Shown here: positions 49,867 to 60,697 of the stretch, piece by piece
Position numbering within the stretch: the first letter of the stretch is position 1
Layout of the letters: the number at the start of each line of letters is the position of its first letter
NCBI GenBank assembly: GCA_050949045.1
Contig: JBMNEZ010000001.1
Span: 1 to 64,000, forward strand
Source: Candidatus Izemoplasmatales bacterium
GTDB taxonomy: Bacteria > Bacillota_I > Bacilli_A > Izemoplasmatales > Hujiaoplasmataceae
Reading direction: 5' to 3'
Length of the DNA: 64,000 nucleotides
The notes under the pieces: generated by a model
Databases searched by the model: none
What the model was told of the DNA's origin: nothing
Seen by the model: the letters and a program-made list of their open reading frames with translations, nothing else
Program-made: the position numbers and the translations under genes

Positions 49867-51496
49867 ATGAATGATGGAAAACAACGGGCAGAGATTCACC
49901 GTAGACGACGATCAGATAATGATCTCGATAGGTCGTGACGACGGCGCGTTTGTATAGTTCAACAAGCTGGTATTCCCGATTGGTTTCATAGAATTTGCGG
50001 AGGATCTCGTTTCTGTTGGGGAGCCGTCGCCACCATAGTTTGGGTTTTTGTTTATGATAGAGAAGATAATCGAGTTTAAGCAATGACAAGTTCTCGCCGG
50101 AGATTTCGGGATAAGCATGTTCAATGAACATATTGAAACGTTCGAACACATCCATCAATTGATAACCGCCGAAAGCATAACCGGATTCCTTCCAATAGTT
50201 GCCAAGCGCGAGGAATAAACTAAATGGGGAAGCGACATTGTCGATCACAAACCGGATTGCTCTATTCATGAAGCCTTTGTTATAATGAACATTCAACATT
50301 CTTTCAACCAAAACGATCTTTTGCATGTCGATCGCGGAAAGCCATTTGGATGAATAAATTTCATAGGGAGGGTCGGCGTTATAAACATAGCCGTGCCGTT
50401 TTGCCTCGTCCCTCAGCGAGGTGCCCCGCAATAATTTGAGGACACCGAGTTGGAGTTCTTTTGGAAACAGTCTGATGCTTTTGTTAAACGTGGTCTCGAA
50501 ACTGACAATGTCTTCTTGGGGCAAGCCGGCAATCAAATCGAGATGAAGGTCGATAACGTCTTTTTCCTGGATGTATTTGATCGTTTGAAACAAACGGGGG
50601 ATATCCTGATGCCGATTGACCAAGGCATTGGTTTCGGGGTTGGTCGATTGGATGCCGATTTCAAAACGGATCCGATTCCTGGGAGCACGGCTGTTGATTT
50701 TGTCGATGAAATCCTGTGAAAGGATATCGCCGGTAATCTCGAATTGGAAACTTACATCTTTAATATCAAGATCAATGATGTGATCGATAATCTTTTCGGC
50801 AAGGGTCTCTTTAACGTTGAAAGTGCGGTCAAGGAACTTGAAGGTTCTGGCTCCGACCGAGAGCAAATAATCGATTGAGTCGATGACCCGTGAAACAGGG
50901 AAGTAACGGATCTTGTTGTCAAGGGATGCTAGGCAATAGGAACAATGGAAGGGGCAACCACGTGAAAGTTCAAGATACTGGATTTTATGGGGGATGTCAT
51001 CTATGAACTCTTCGAGCCGGTAAGGGTCTTTAAGTGAAGACAGATCAGCGATCAGTTCTTTCTTGGTTGCGATGGTTTTTCCTTTTTCGCGGTAGATGAG
51101 ATTCGGAATCCGATTGATATCGCCGCCTTCTTTGAGAAAACGGAGCAGCTTATTGAAGGTGATTTCTCCTTCTCCAGAGATGATATAGTCGACCGGATTT
51201 TCCCTTATGTATTCCTCATAATCATAGCTGACCTCAGGACCGCCCCAGACGATGATGGTTTTCATTATGTCCTTGATGGCTTTGGTCAGTTTTTTGACGA
51301 TCATGACATTCCAGATATAGACGCTGAAACCGATGACCTCAGGCCGGAGCGAAACAATGGATTCCATAATCTGTTGTGTCCGGTCATTGATCGTGAATTC
51401 TTTTATGGTAACGGGAAAATCACAGTTTGCCTTAAGCAGACGAACCGCGAGATTAGTGTGGATGTACTTGGCATCAAGAGCAATAAGCAAGACCAC
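49865..51496 (-). CDS. B12-binding domain radical SAM protein (DUF4080-type)
   Basis: FSVYIWN, GGPEVS, GEGE, RGCPFHCSYC. Confidence 0.88.
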   Translation of the reverse strand: MVLLIALDAKYIHTNLAVRLLKANCDFPVTIKEFTINDRTQQIMESIVSLRPEVIGFSVYIWNVMIVKKLTKAIKDIMKTIIVWGGPEVSYDYEEYIRENPVDYIISGEGEITFNKLLRFLKEGGDINRIPNLIYREKGKTIATKKELIADLSSLKDPYRLEEFIDDIPHKIQYLELSRGCPFHCSYCLASLDNKIRYFPVSRVIDSIDYLLSVGARTFKFLDRTFNVKETLAEKIIDHIIDLDIKDVSFQFEITGDILSQDFIDKINSRAPRNRIRFEIGIQSTNPETNALVNRHQDIPRLFQTIKYIQEKDVIDLHLDLIAGLPQEDIVSFETTFNKSIRLFPKELQLGVLKLLRGTSLRDEAKRHGYVYNADPPYEIYSSKWLSAIDMQKIVLVERMLNVHYNKGFMNRAIRFVIDNVASPFSLFLALGNYWKESGYAFGGYQLMDVFERFNMFIEHAYPEISGENLSLLKLDYLLYHKQKPKLWWRRLPNRNEILRKFYETNREYQLVELYKRAVVTTYRDHYLIVVYGESLPVVFHHS

Positions 51497-51576
51497 TGAT
51501 TATCACCATCACTATTGTAACAGAAACCGATTTTCTAGCCAATGCCGGATAAGGAATATGATATACTATTTAACAG

Positions 51577-53547
51577 GTGATTAAAGTGCGGCGTTTTGAA
51601 GTCGTCTCTGATTATTTTCCGACCGGCGATCAACCGAAAGCGATCCAAAAACTCACGGAAAACCTGAACCGGGGCATGCGGGAGCAGGTGCTTTTGGGCG
51701 CGACGGGGACCGGCAAGACTTTCACCATCAGCAAGCTCATCGAAAACGTGCAAAGACCGGTTCTTGTGCTCGCCCACAACAAGACTCTCGCCGGTCAACT
51801 CTACAACGAGTTCAAGACGCTTTTTCCAAACAACCGCGTTGAGTATTTTATCTCCTATTACGACTATTACCAGCCTGAAGCCTATGTTCCCGGAGCCGAT
51901 TTATATATCGAGAAAGACGCCAGGATCAATGATGAGATCGATGAGATGCGCCATGCGGCGACATCTTCGTTGCTTGAAAGGCGGGACGTCATCGTCGTTG
52001 CGTCCGTATCATGCATTTACGGGATCGGCGATCCCGAGGAGTATCAAAAAGGAATGGTGACGCTCAGAGTCGGCGAAGACTCCGGAAGAGACAACCTGAT
52101 CAGGAAACTGGTGACGATCCTCTACGAGCGCAACGACATTGATTTCACCCGTGGCAGTTTCCGGGTCAAAGGCGACATCGTTGAGATTCTGCCTCCAAAT
52201 GAGAACAACATCGCTTTCCGGGTTGAATTTGAATTCGACACGATTCGTCGGATCCGCACTTTCAATATCGTCACCGGTGAAATTGTCCAGGAATTCCAAT
52301 TGGTTTCCTTGTTTCCGGCATCCCATTTTCTGACGGATCGCAATAAACTTGAAGAGGCACTTAAAAGGATCAAATCCGAACTTGAAGAAAGAATTGCCTA
52401 TTTCAAAGAAAAAGGCCAGTTGCTGGAAGCGGAGAGAATCGAACAACGCACGAACTATGATATCGAGATGTTACGGGAGATAGGTTTCTGTAACGGCATT
52501 GAGAACTACTCCAGGCATCTTTCCCTCCGCGGCCCGGGTGAGACTCCTTCGGTATTGATCGATTTCTTTCCTGATGATTTCCTGCTTGTAATCGACGAAT
52601 CTCATGTCACTATCCCCCAAGTCAGGGGCATGTATAACGGCGACCGCTCAAGAAAGCAGACGCTCGTCGACTATGGTTTTCGCCTGCCTTCGGCGCTTGA
52701 CAACCGCCCGCTTAATTTTTCCGAGTTTCAAAGAAAGATTAATCAGGTGGTCTATGTTTCGGCGATGCCGGGAGACTATGAGATGAAACGTGCCGATGAT
52801 ATTGTCGAACAGATCATCAGACCGACCGGCCTTTTGGACCCGGTCGTTGAAGTCAAGCCTTCAGAAGGGCAGATCGATGATCTGCTTGGCGAGATCGAAC
52901 AGACGCTTGCTAGGAAGGAAAGAGTTTTGATCACAACGCTCACGATCAAGATGAGCGAAGATTTGACCAAGTATCTCCAGAGCCTGGGATACAAGGTCGC
53001 ATATCTCCACTCTGAGATCAAGGCTCTGGAACGTTTGGAGATCATCCGCCGCCTGAGGCTGGGAGAATACGACATCCTCGTCGGCATCAATTTGCTTCGC
53101 GAGGGTCTTGACCTTCCCGAAGTTTCACTGATTGCGATTCTCGACGCTGACAAGGAAGGGTTCCTGAGAAGCGAAAGGTCTTTGATCCAGACGATTGGAA
53201 GGGCCGCACGGAATCAAAATGGCAAAGTTGTGATGTATGCGCAATCAATGACCGACTCCATGGAAAAAGCGATTCGAGAAACAAACCGCCGTCGTTCGAT
53301 CCAGGCTGCTTTCAACGAAGATAATAATATCATTCCGAAAACGATCTTGAAGCCGATCTACGATTCGATTTCGATCAAGGGCGAGGCTCAAGAAAAAGTC
53401 AACAGTTTCGAAGGCTTATCAAAAACTGAGATCAAGAACAATATCTCGATTCTGGAGAGCCAGATGTATTTGGCAGCGAAAAACCTTGATTTTGAAAGGG
53501 CAGCTGAACTCAGAGACATCATCTTCGAGATGAAGAGGCGCTTATGA
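51577..53547 (+). CDS. uvrB: Excinuclease ABC subunit B
   Basis: [45 protein letters not shown]. Confidence 0.97.
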   Translation: MIKVRRFEVVSDYFPTGDQPKAIQKLTENLNRGMREQVLLGATGTGKTFTISKLIENVQRPVLVLAHNKTLAGQLYNEFKTLFPNNRVEYFISYYDYYQPEAYVPGADLYIEKDARINDEIDEMRHAATSSLLERRDVIVVASVSCIYGIGDPEEYQKGMVTLRVGEDSGRDNLIRKLVTILYERNDIDFTRGSFRVKGDIVEILPPNENNIAFRVEFEFDTIRRIRTFNIVTGEIVQEFQLVSLFPASHFLTDRNKLEEALKRIKSELEERIAYFKEKGQLLEAERIEQRTNYDIEMLREIGFCNGIENYSRHLSLRGPGETPSVLIDFFPDDFLLVIDESHVTIPQVRGMYNGDRSRKQTLVDYGFRLPSALDNRPLNFSEFQRKINQVVYVSAMPGDYEMKRADDIVEQIIRPTGLLDPVVEVKPSEGQIDDLLGEIEQTLARKERVLITTLTIKMSEDLTKYLQSLGYKVAYLHSEIKALERLEIIRRLRLGEYDILVGINLLREGLDLPEVSLIAILDADKEGFLRSERSLIQTIGRAARNQNGKVVMYAQSMTDSMEKAIRETNRRRSIQAAFNEDNNIIPKTILKPIYDSISIKGEAQEKVNSFEGLSKTEIKNNISILESQMYLAAKNLDFERAAELRDIIFEMKRRL

Positions 53548-53987
53548 AAAAAACCGTGTCATTATCTGTTTCTCTGATTCTTACAATCCTGGTTTTCTCA
53601 TTCTCCCTGGTTTCGGGAGAATCATCGGGAAACCAAAGCCTTGTCATTGCGGAGGCAATCAAGCGGTTCATTGACAGTTTGTTTCCGGATTGGGAACTGT
53701 CGTTATCGCTGATCCATCAGATTGTCCGCAAGGGCGCCCATGTGGCGGAATACACCTTATTGGGAATGAGTTGGCTGTTTACATTCAGCCTTTTTGGTTT
53801 AAAAAAAGCTTTCTTTCCTTTGCTTGGATTGTTGGTTGCCCTCGCTGACGAAGGTATCCAGTTTCTGGCTGATGAAAGAGGACCAAGCTTGTTTGACGCT
53901 TTGGTGTTCGATTTTCCCGGTTTCATGCTTGGGGGCATCATCGTTTTTCTCTTCATCAAGGCCAAAAAGAACAAAGTTGCCACGTAG
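53544..53987 (+). CDS. VanZ family membrane protein
   Basis: [16 protein letters not shown]. Confidence 0.85.
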   Translation: MKKTVSLSVSLILTILVFSFSLVSGESSGNQSLVIAEAIKRFIDSLFPDWELSLSLIHQIVRKGAHVAEYTLLGMSWLFTFSLFGLKKAFFPLLGLLVALADEGIQFLADERGPSLFDALVFDFPGFMLGGIIVFLFIKAKKNKVAT

Positions 53988-54228
53988 TGGCGGTTTGCTT
54001 TGACAAGCTATATTGATCGTGACATACAATAGAATAGTTAATCGAAGCGGCGCCTACGCAAGGGTTAAAAAAATTAAATAAACGCTTCTGATCGGATAAT
54101 GACTAATTTAATGTTTTGGATTATGAACAAACACTATCCAATGATAATTCAACATCCCCAGCAAACAGTTTTTTTCCTTTAAACCTCTCGATTTCGCTTT
54201 TTTTGTGCTATAATATATTTAAAGATAA

Positions 54229-54310
54229 GCGACGAGAGGACTCATTAGTCCCAAGTGATTATCGAGTCCGACGTTGCCAGTTTAGGGACCGGGACCATCA
54301 GCTCGGCCCT
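54229..54310 (+). ncRNA. Candidate structured leader RNA upstream of rlmD
   Basis: Follows TGnTATAAT (54206-54214); GGACTC/GAGTCC stem, GTCCC/GGGAC alternative pairing; GC-rich within an AT-rich spacer. Confidence 0.55.
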
Positions 54311-54343
54311 TTGTTTTAAAATAGCAAGGGGAATTATCGGTAA

Positions 54344-55696
54344 ATGAATGAAAAAAATCACAAGTTCATCGCCGAAGCTGTTGATCTGACTCATGATGCC
54401 CTCGGAGTTGTTAAACTCGAGGATGGCTATACCGTATTCGTCAAAGATTTATTAAAAGGCGAAACGGCAGAAATCGAGATCACCGCGAGGAAGAAAAACT
54501 ATGGTTTTGGAAAAGTCATCCAAAAACTTACCAAAAGCCCTTTTCGCGTAATTCCAAAATGCAAGCATTTCTATGATTGCGGCGGATGCGGCCTGATGCA
54601 TATGGATTACGACTTGCAACTCAGTTTCAAAAAGTACAGGGTCGAAACAACTCTCAAAAGAAACGGCCTCATGGATGTTCAAGTCAACGACATGATTGGC
54701 ATGCCAAACCCCTACAACTACCGAAACAAAGTTGAAATCAAGTTCGTTCAAGGCGAGAAAGGACTTGAGGCAGGGTTCTTTCAAACCAAATCACACCGCC
54801 TGGTGAACCTTGAGGAATGCCATATCATCAGCAAAAAAACCTTCGATGTCATCACGCTTTTCAAAAACATTTGTAATGAGTTAGGGATCAAGGCTTTTAA
54901 TCCGGAGACAAAGAAAGGCTATTTAAAATCTGCCTTGATTCGCGAGTCGTTTTTAAACAAGGAAATCGTCATTCTTCTCAATGTTGCCAAAGAGCCGCTC
55001 CCCCAAGAAGAGCTCCTAATATCCAAACTGCAAAACCGGATACCGGAAATCGTGGGCATCGCCACATCGATCGCCACCGACGAGTCGTCAATGTCCAATG
55101 ATCCGATCAGAACCATTTATGGTAAACAATGGATTAGCGAAACATTAAATGGCGTTCATTATGAAATTGGACTTCGCTCGTTTTTTCAGACCAACACATT
55201 TCAAGCCGAGAAACTCATTAAAATCGCTTTAGATCTTGCGGACATCAACCGGAAGTCACGAGTTATCGACACTTATTGCGGCATCGGCGCTATCGCCTTG
55301 AACGCCGCTAAAAAAGCGAACAAGGTTTTCGGTATCGAAATTTTGAGAAGCGCTGTCCAAGACGCTAAAAGAAATGCCAGCTTAAACAACATCAATAATG
55401 CTTTCTTTGAGGTTGGCGATGTCGACAATGTTCTCTTGAAGTGGAAAAAATTTAATTTCGACATCATTTTCATTGATCCGCCCAGACGCGGCTGTTCAAA
55501 AGGCTTAATTAAGACTCTCCTTGAAATCAAAGCGCCAAAAATCGTTTACATTTCTTGTGATCAGGCTACTCTTTGCCGTGATTTGGTTCAGTTTGTCGAG
55601 AACGGTTATGAAATAAAAGAAATCACCCCAGTTGATATGTTTCCGCAGACTGTTCACATTGAAAGTGTCACATTGCTTTCTTTAAAAACGTCTTAA
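54344..55696 (+). CDS. rlmD: 23S rRNA (uracil-5)-methyltransferase
   Basis: TRAM domain, C..F..CGGC, SFFQTN, DPPR, YISC, DMFPQTVHIE. Confidence 0.93.
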   Translation: MNEKNHKFIAEAVDLTHDALGVVKLEDGYTVFVKDLLKGETAEIEITARKKNYGFGKVIQKLTKSPFRVIPKCKHFYDCGGCGLMHMDYDLQLSFKKYRVETTLKRNGLMDVQVNDMIGMPNPYNYRNKVEIKFVQGEKGLEAGFFQTKSHRLVNLEECHIISKKTFDVITLFKNICNELGIKAFNPETKKGYLKSALIRESFLNKEIVILLNVAKEPLPQEELLISKLQNRIPEIVGIATSIATDESSMSNDPIRTIYGKQWISETLNGVHYEIGLRSFFQTNTFQAEKLIKIALDLADINRKSRVIDTYCGIGAIALNAAKKANKVFGIEILRSAVQDAKRNASLNNINNAFFEVGDVDNVLLKWKKFNFDIIFIDPPRRGCSKGLIKTLLEIKAPKIVYISCDQATLCRDLVQFVENGYEIKEITPVDMFPQTVHIESVTLLSLKTS

Positions 55697-55892
55697 CAAA
55701 GTCATTCATACAATAGGACAAGAAGCATTTAACCCCTTAATATTCAAGGTTATATACTTCTTTTTTTGTTGTATAACTTTTTGTGATGGTTTTCTATAAT
55801 TTTAATAACATCTTTTTTAGTGTTTACCACATTTGTAATAAATCGATGTTGTTGATAAGACGCTGATTAAATCAGAGAAATCACATTCAAGA

Positions 55893-56354
55893 TCATGATT
55901 TATTTTTTCCTGAAAGAACCAGTTCCCCAACTGAGTATTCGACAACAAGCAGTTCATCCTCAATTAGCCCAAGAATGAACTGTGATTCTATTATTGTTGA
56001 TTGACTCGTTAGAACCCTGACATATTCGTCTTTTTTCTCAATCAAAGCCCATTCACTTGATTGAACAAAATATCCCAGCGCAATATCGTGTGTGTTGTCA
56101 ACTGATAGTGGTTGAGACGCTCGTACTTCAACAAAGAATTTTTCCTCAAGAGAGGTGATCACGCTACCTGGTGTGTCAGTGTTAACATACAGAGTACAAT
56201 GGTCTGAATCGGTCATATGGCCATTACAGTGCTCGCCATACTGTTCATATGCGTTATAAATATCAAAATATGAAAACGGGGCCGTTTCCTGCTTACATGA
56301 GATCAGCAAAAACGTCGAAACTATCAAAAGAGTAATTCCACAAAGTTTTCTCAT
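55893..56354 (-). CDS. Hypothetical lipoprotein
   Basis: MRK + hydrophobic stretch + LISC lipobox; RBS aaggag. Confidence 0.65.
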   Translation of the reverse strand: MRKLCGITLLIVSTFLLISCKQETAPFSYFDIYNAYEQYGEHCNGHMTDSDHCTLYVNTDTPGSVITSLEEKFFVEVRASQPLSVDNTHDIALGYFVQSSEWALIEKKDEYVRVLTSQSTIIESQFILGLIEDELLVVEYSVGELVLSGKNKS

Positions 56355-57037
56355 TCCTACGCTCCTTTATGTTATTAAAGAAGAATCGATTAAGACGAGT
56401 CATTGGTAGTTCTCATTTCATTGTCTATTATCATTGCGACCTAGCGCAGCAACAATACAAACTCATCGAAACTCATATATAACTCTGTGGACAATATATT
56501 TATTGGAATCTTTCCATTATCAAAGATCAGTTCGATAGTTAATTTAACAGAATTTTCCTCAACTTTCTTTAGATGAGATAAAAATCCAATCTGATGAAGT
56601 TATTATGGTCTGTGTCGAATGCGGAAACGATGAAGAAGTAAATTATATTCATTTCTGAGATATCTATGTTCAAACAAACCTTTTTCTATCACAGCACTAT
56701 GTGTGGGGATAAGCCCAAAATGTTGATTTCTGACTGGCAGAGAATGGCTTAGATATCATGCATGTTAAAAACAGCCTCATTGGTTTCACTTAATTGATAT
56801 GATAATTCCTTAAAATGCTTTCATACTCGGCGAATACTACTTTTTGACCGGCAAATTCCGATTTCATCGGTTTAAACGGGTTTTTGATTATCATGAACGA
56901 TTACCAAAACATTCATTTGCGTAAATTGTTTGTGAGGCGATGGTAAATTTGCGGTAAATTCGCAATTGTTAACTGAAACTATATGGACTGATTTCCCCAT
57001 TTTCATAGTAAAATAGTATTGAATGGGTGGTGATGAT

Positions 57038-57820
57038 GTGAATCCAATACTCCAAGTCAAAGAAATATCAAAAACATTTCGTCTGTCAAGGAAACAGCAA
57101 AAAATTGAAGGAACCAAAGAAAAAGTCAAAGTAGCCCTTAACAAACTTTCTTTCACAGCATACGAAGGGGAGATATACGGATTGTTGGGGCCGAACGGGG
57201 CGGGAAAGACAACCGCTTTGAGGTGCATATCGACATTGATCAAACCTGATTCGGGCGAGATCTACCTGAACGGCTACTCTGTGACCAGGGAAGAGGAACA
57301 AGTAAGAGGTCAAATCGGGTTCTTGACAAGCGATTTGAAACTCGAAGAGTTCTTCACTCCCAATTATTTATTCGATTATTTCGCCAAGTTACACGGTGTG
57401 GACTTGGAGACAACCCAAGCTAGGAAAGCCTTCTTATTTGAAAAGTTCGGGATCGATAAGTTCGCAGAAGTCAAAGTCGGTGAGCTATCGAATGGTATGC
57501 GGCAGAAGGTCCAAATCTCAGTGGCGCTGGTCCATGATCCCAAAATCATCATTTTTGATGAGCCGACAAACGGGCTTGACATCCTGACAGCCAAGATCGT
57601 GACCGACTATCTGAAAGAGCTGAGAAACAGTGGTAAGACGATTATTATTTCAACCCACATCTTCAGCCTTGCGGAAAGATTATGCGATCGGGTCGGCATC
57701 ATTATCGACGGAGAACTGAAATATGAATCCAAACTTAATGATTCGACTAGAAAAGAAGCCAACCTAGAGGCGTTGCTTTTCCAACTTGTCGAAGATAGTG
57801 AGGCGATAAAAAATGCGTAA
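57038..57820 (+). CDS. ABC transporter ATP-binding protein (NatA-like); start GTG 57038 or ATG 57023
   Basis: GPNGAGKTT, LSNGMRQK, FDEPT, STH. Confidence 0.9.
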   Translation: MNPILQVKEISKTFRLSRKQQKIEGTKEKVKVALNKLSFTAYEGEIYGLLGPNGAGKTTALRCISTLIKPDSGEIYLNGYSVTREEEQVRGQIGFLTSDLKLEEFFTPNYLFDYFAKLHGVDLETTQARKAFLFEKFGIDKFAEVKVGELSNGMRQKVQISVALVHDPKIIIFDEPTNGLDILTAKIVTDYLKELRNSGKTIIISTHIFSLAERLCDRVGIIIDGELKYESKLNDSTRKEANLEALLFQLVEDSEAIKNA

Positions 57821-58985
57821 CATCCTTACAATCTTCAAAAAAGAATGGGATCGGGTTATTAAAGACAAGCGATTAGTTTTTTCGGTGATATTGTTGCCGG
57901 GATTGATGATCTATATTCTCTATTTTTTTATCGGTTCCGGGTTGACCTCGTTATACAGCGAGTTGGATGAACGCATTGCGATGGTCAATGCACCCCAAGG
58001 GTTTGTGTCTTTTGTGGAGACAATTACCGAAACAGAAGCGTTGGAATATTCCGAGATTAATGAAACTGACATCGAGGCTTATAAAGAAAAAATAGACAAT
58101 GGCGATTGGGAGTTGGTGCTTGTTTTCCCCAGCGATTTTTCCGATCAGGTAGCCGCTAAGGAAAAGCCTACGGTGAATTTGTATTACAACATCAACGAGA
58201 TTGCCTCAAGTCAGATCTACGACTATTATTCGGGATATCTTGAATTTTACCAACAACAACTCGCCTACGAGATATATGGTGAAATCAAGGCTTTCGAACA
58301 GGCGGCCGATTCCCTTCCCGTAGATCAGGAACAGGCGACCGGAATGATGGTGTCGATGCTATTGCCAATGCTAGTATTGATGTTCCTGTTTAGTGGCGCG
58401 ATGTCGATTGGGCCGGAAGCGATTACCGGAGAGAAGGAAAGGGGAACAATCGCAACCTTGTTGGTCACACCGGTCAAGCGCAACCAGATCGCCTTGGGGA
58501 AGATTTTGGGGCTTGGGGTCTTGTCGCTCATCTCCGCTTGCTCATCCTTTATTGGCGTTTTGTTGTCCATGCCTAAACTGTTCGCGATTGAAGACATTGA
58601 CATATCTATATATTCAGTTACCGATTACTTACAAATTTTGTTGATTCTTTTCTCGACGGTGTTTGTCATTGTCGGCATTATTTCGGTCATCTCCGCCTTT
58701 GCGAAGAACATGAAAGAAGCGGGAACCTTGATTGTGCCTGTTTACTTGCTGACGATTATCATCGGGGTTACTTCGATGTTCAGGCAAGGAGCAGTATCCA
58801 ATCCCTTCTTATATCTCATCCCTCTTTATAACTCGAATCAAACCATGATCGCCATTTTCACTTTTGATCCGTTATCGTGGCTATACACGCTTATCAGTGT
58901 TATAGCAAACATCGTCTATCTCATATTGCTTGTGATTTTGCTCAACAAGATGTTCAACAGCGAAAAGATCATGTTCAGTAAATAG
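57813..58985 (+). CDS. ABC-2 type permease (NatB-like)
   Basis: IFKKEW, GEKERGT..LLVTP..GK, TM helices. Confidence 0.88.
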   Translation: MRNILTIFKKEWDRVIKDKRLVFSVILLPGLMIYILYFFIGSGLTSLYSELDERIAMVNAPQGFVSFVETITETEALEYSEINETDIEAYKEKIDNGDWELVLVFPSDFSDQVAAKEKPTVNLYYNINEIASSQIYDYYSGYLEFYQQQLAYEIYGEIKAFEQAADSLPVDQEQATGMMVSMLLPMLVLMFLFSGAMSIGPEAITGEKERGTIATLLVTPVKRNQIALGKILGLGVLSLISACSSFIGVLLSMPKLFAIEDIDISIYSVTDYLQILLILFSTVFVIVGIISVISAFAKNMKEAGTLIVPVYLLTIIIGVTSMFRQGAVSNPFLYLIPLYNSNQTMIAIFTFDPLSWLYTLISVIANIVYLILLVILLNKMFNSEKIMFSK

Positions 58986-59340
58986 TTTTTCATTGTAATA
59001 TATTCGAAATACTACAGGAGTTTCACGTGTTGCGATTGATTTTGTTTTTGCAAAATCAATATCCTTCATCGGCGAACTCCTGTTTTTTTTGGATTGAGGA
59101 TGGGAGGAGTATGTCATAATAATGCTAAAGGGGGAAAACGCAGTAACCAAAAGGGTTTCAGAGTTTCCACAAAGTTTGAAATTTTAAAAAATACTGCTCA
59201 ATCGTTATGTTTTGTAATCGGTGCCATAAAGTGATATTGATTATGGACTATTACAGATGGCATGCGATTGAATAATTTTAAGTGACATAAGTGTCACTTC
59301 GTGGTACAATAATGTCACTTTGGAAAGAGGTAATAAGACA

Positions 59341-60675
59341 ATGAATCTAGGAAAAGAAACTGAAACTCTTGAATTTAAAAAATCAACGAGTGAGATAAAA
59401 ACTGCTATGATTTCCATAGCGTCTATATTAAATAAGCACGGTATCGGTACATTGTATTTCGGGGTCAAGCCCAACGGTGATGTTGTTGGGCAAAATGTGT
59501 CGGAATCGTCTTTAAGAGATGTTTCTAGAGCGGTTTATGAAGACATCAAGCCGCAGATATACCCTGCCATTGAAGAAATTTTGATGGAGGGGAAGCAATT
59601 GATAAAGGTTGAATTCAGCGGTGATAGCAAACCATACTCCGCAGCGGGCAGATACTATTTGAGAACTGCAGATGAAGATAAAGAGGTGAGCCCCGAAGAA
59701 TTAAAAACTTTTTTTGAGGCAAACAAATACCGCACAAAATGGGAAAGTGGCAAATCCGACACTTTATCAAAACAAGTTGACAAGCTTGCAGTAAAGTCGT
59801 TTTGGCAAAAAGCGATAAACGCCGGAAGATTACCCGAAGGCAGGTATACCACGCAGATTATCTTAAAAAGATTCGGTCTTGTTAAAGATGAGCATTTGAC
59901 AAATGCCGGTGAAGTTCTCTTTGGCGATACAAGGTCCGTTTCTCTAAAAGTCGGTATATTTGCAACGGACGAAAAATTGACAATTCTTGATATGAAATTA
60001 TATGAGGACAATATTTATAATCTGTTGAAGACGGCTGAAGATTACATATTTAAGAATATACGATGGAAAGTTGAAATTATTGAATCGGAAAGAAGTGAGA
60101 TTCCTGAAATACCGACTGCAGTGATAAGAGAGGTTTTGGCAAACAGTTTTGCACACGCAATGTATGGAAGCAGGACAAGTCATGAGATATGTATTCATCC
60201 AAGTATGATAACTATATATAGTCCGGGAGATTATGCCAGTAGATACAAACCGGAAGAATATATTAAAGGCAATGTAGAGTCTGAGATAAGAAATGCGACA
60301 ATTTCAAAAATTCTGTACTTGAGCAAATACATAGAGCAGTTCGGCAGCGGTTTCAAGAGAATAGATAGCCTATGTAAAGATTCCGAAATCAAATATTCTT
60401 ACGAAAACAAAGATAATGGATTTAAATTTATAATATATCGACCACAGATTCAAAGTGACATTTTAGATGTCACTTTGGATGTCACTTTGAACGGAACAGA
60501 GAAAGCGGTTTATGCTATTTTAAAACAAAAATCGGATTCTTCAAGAGAAGAAATAGCTGATAAGATTTCTAAAACTGTAAGAACGGTTCAAAGAGCACTC
60601 AATTCTCTTGTAGAGAAGGGTTATATCAGACGAGTCGGCTCTAAACAGAATCCGGTATGGGAAGTGTTGAAATAG
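59341..60675 (+). CDS. AlbA_2/Schlafen-like DNA-binding + HATPase-like + winged-HTH protein
   Basis: ETETLEFKKS..N..G..YFGV..G; REVLANSFAH; RN..I..IEQFGSG; C-terminal SREEIA..RTVQR; ATG 59341 after gaggt. Confidence 0.85.
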   Translation: MNLGKETETLEFKKSTSEIKTAMISIASILNKHGIGTLYFGVKPNGDVVGQNVSESSLRDVSRAVYEDIKPQIYPAIEEILMEGKQLIKVEFSGDSKPYSAAGRYYLRTADEDKEVSPEELKTFFEANKYRTKWESGKSDTLSKQVDKLAVKSFWQKAINAGRLPEGRYTTQIILKRFGLVKDEHLTNAGEVLFGDTRSVSLKVGIFATDEKLTILDMKLYEDNIYNLLKTAEDYIFKNIRWKVEIIESERSEIPEIPTAVIREVLANSFAHAMYGSRTSHEICIHPSMITIYSPGDYASRYKPEEYIKGNVESEIRNATISKILYLSKYIEQFGSGFKRIDSLCKDSEIKYSYENKDNGFKFIIYRPQIQSDILDVTLDVTLNGTEKAVYAILKQKSDSSREEIADKISKTVRTVQRALNSLVEKGYIRRVGSKQNPVWEVLK

Positions 60676-60697
60676 AGATATCTGATTAAATTTCGAG

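Noticed and set aside
55650..55760. ICE inserted in the rlmD 3' end
   Set aside because: A known hotspot, but no recombinase, conjugation genes or duplicated rlmD end were seen downstream.
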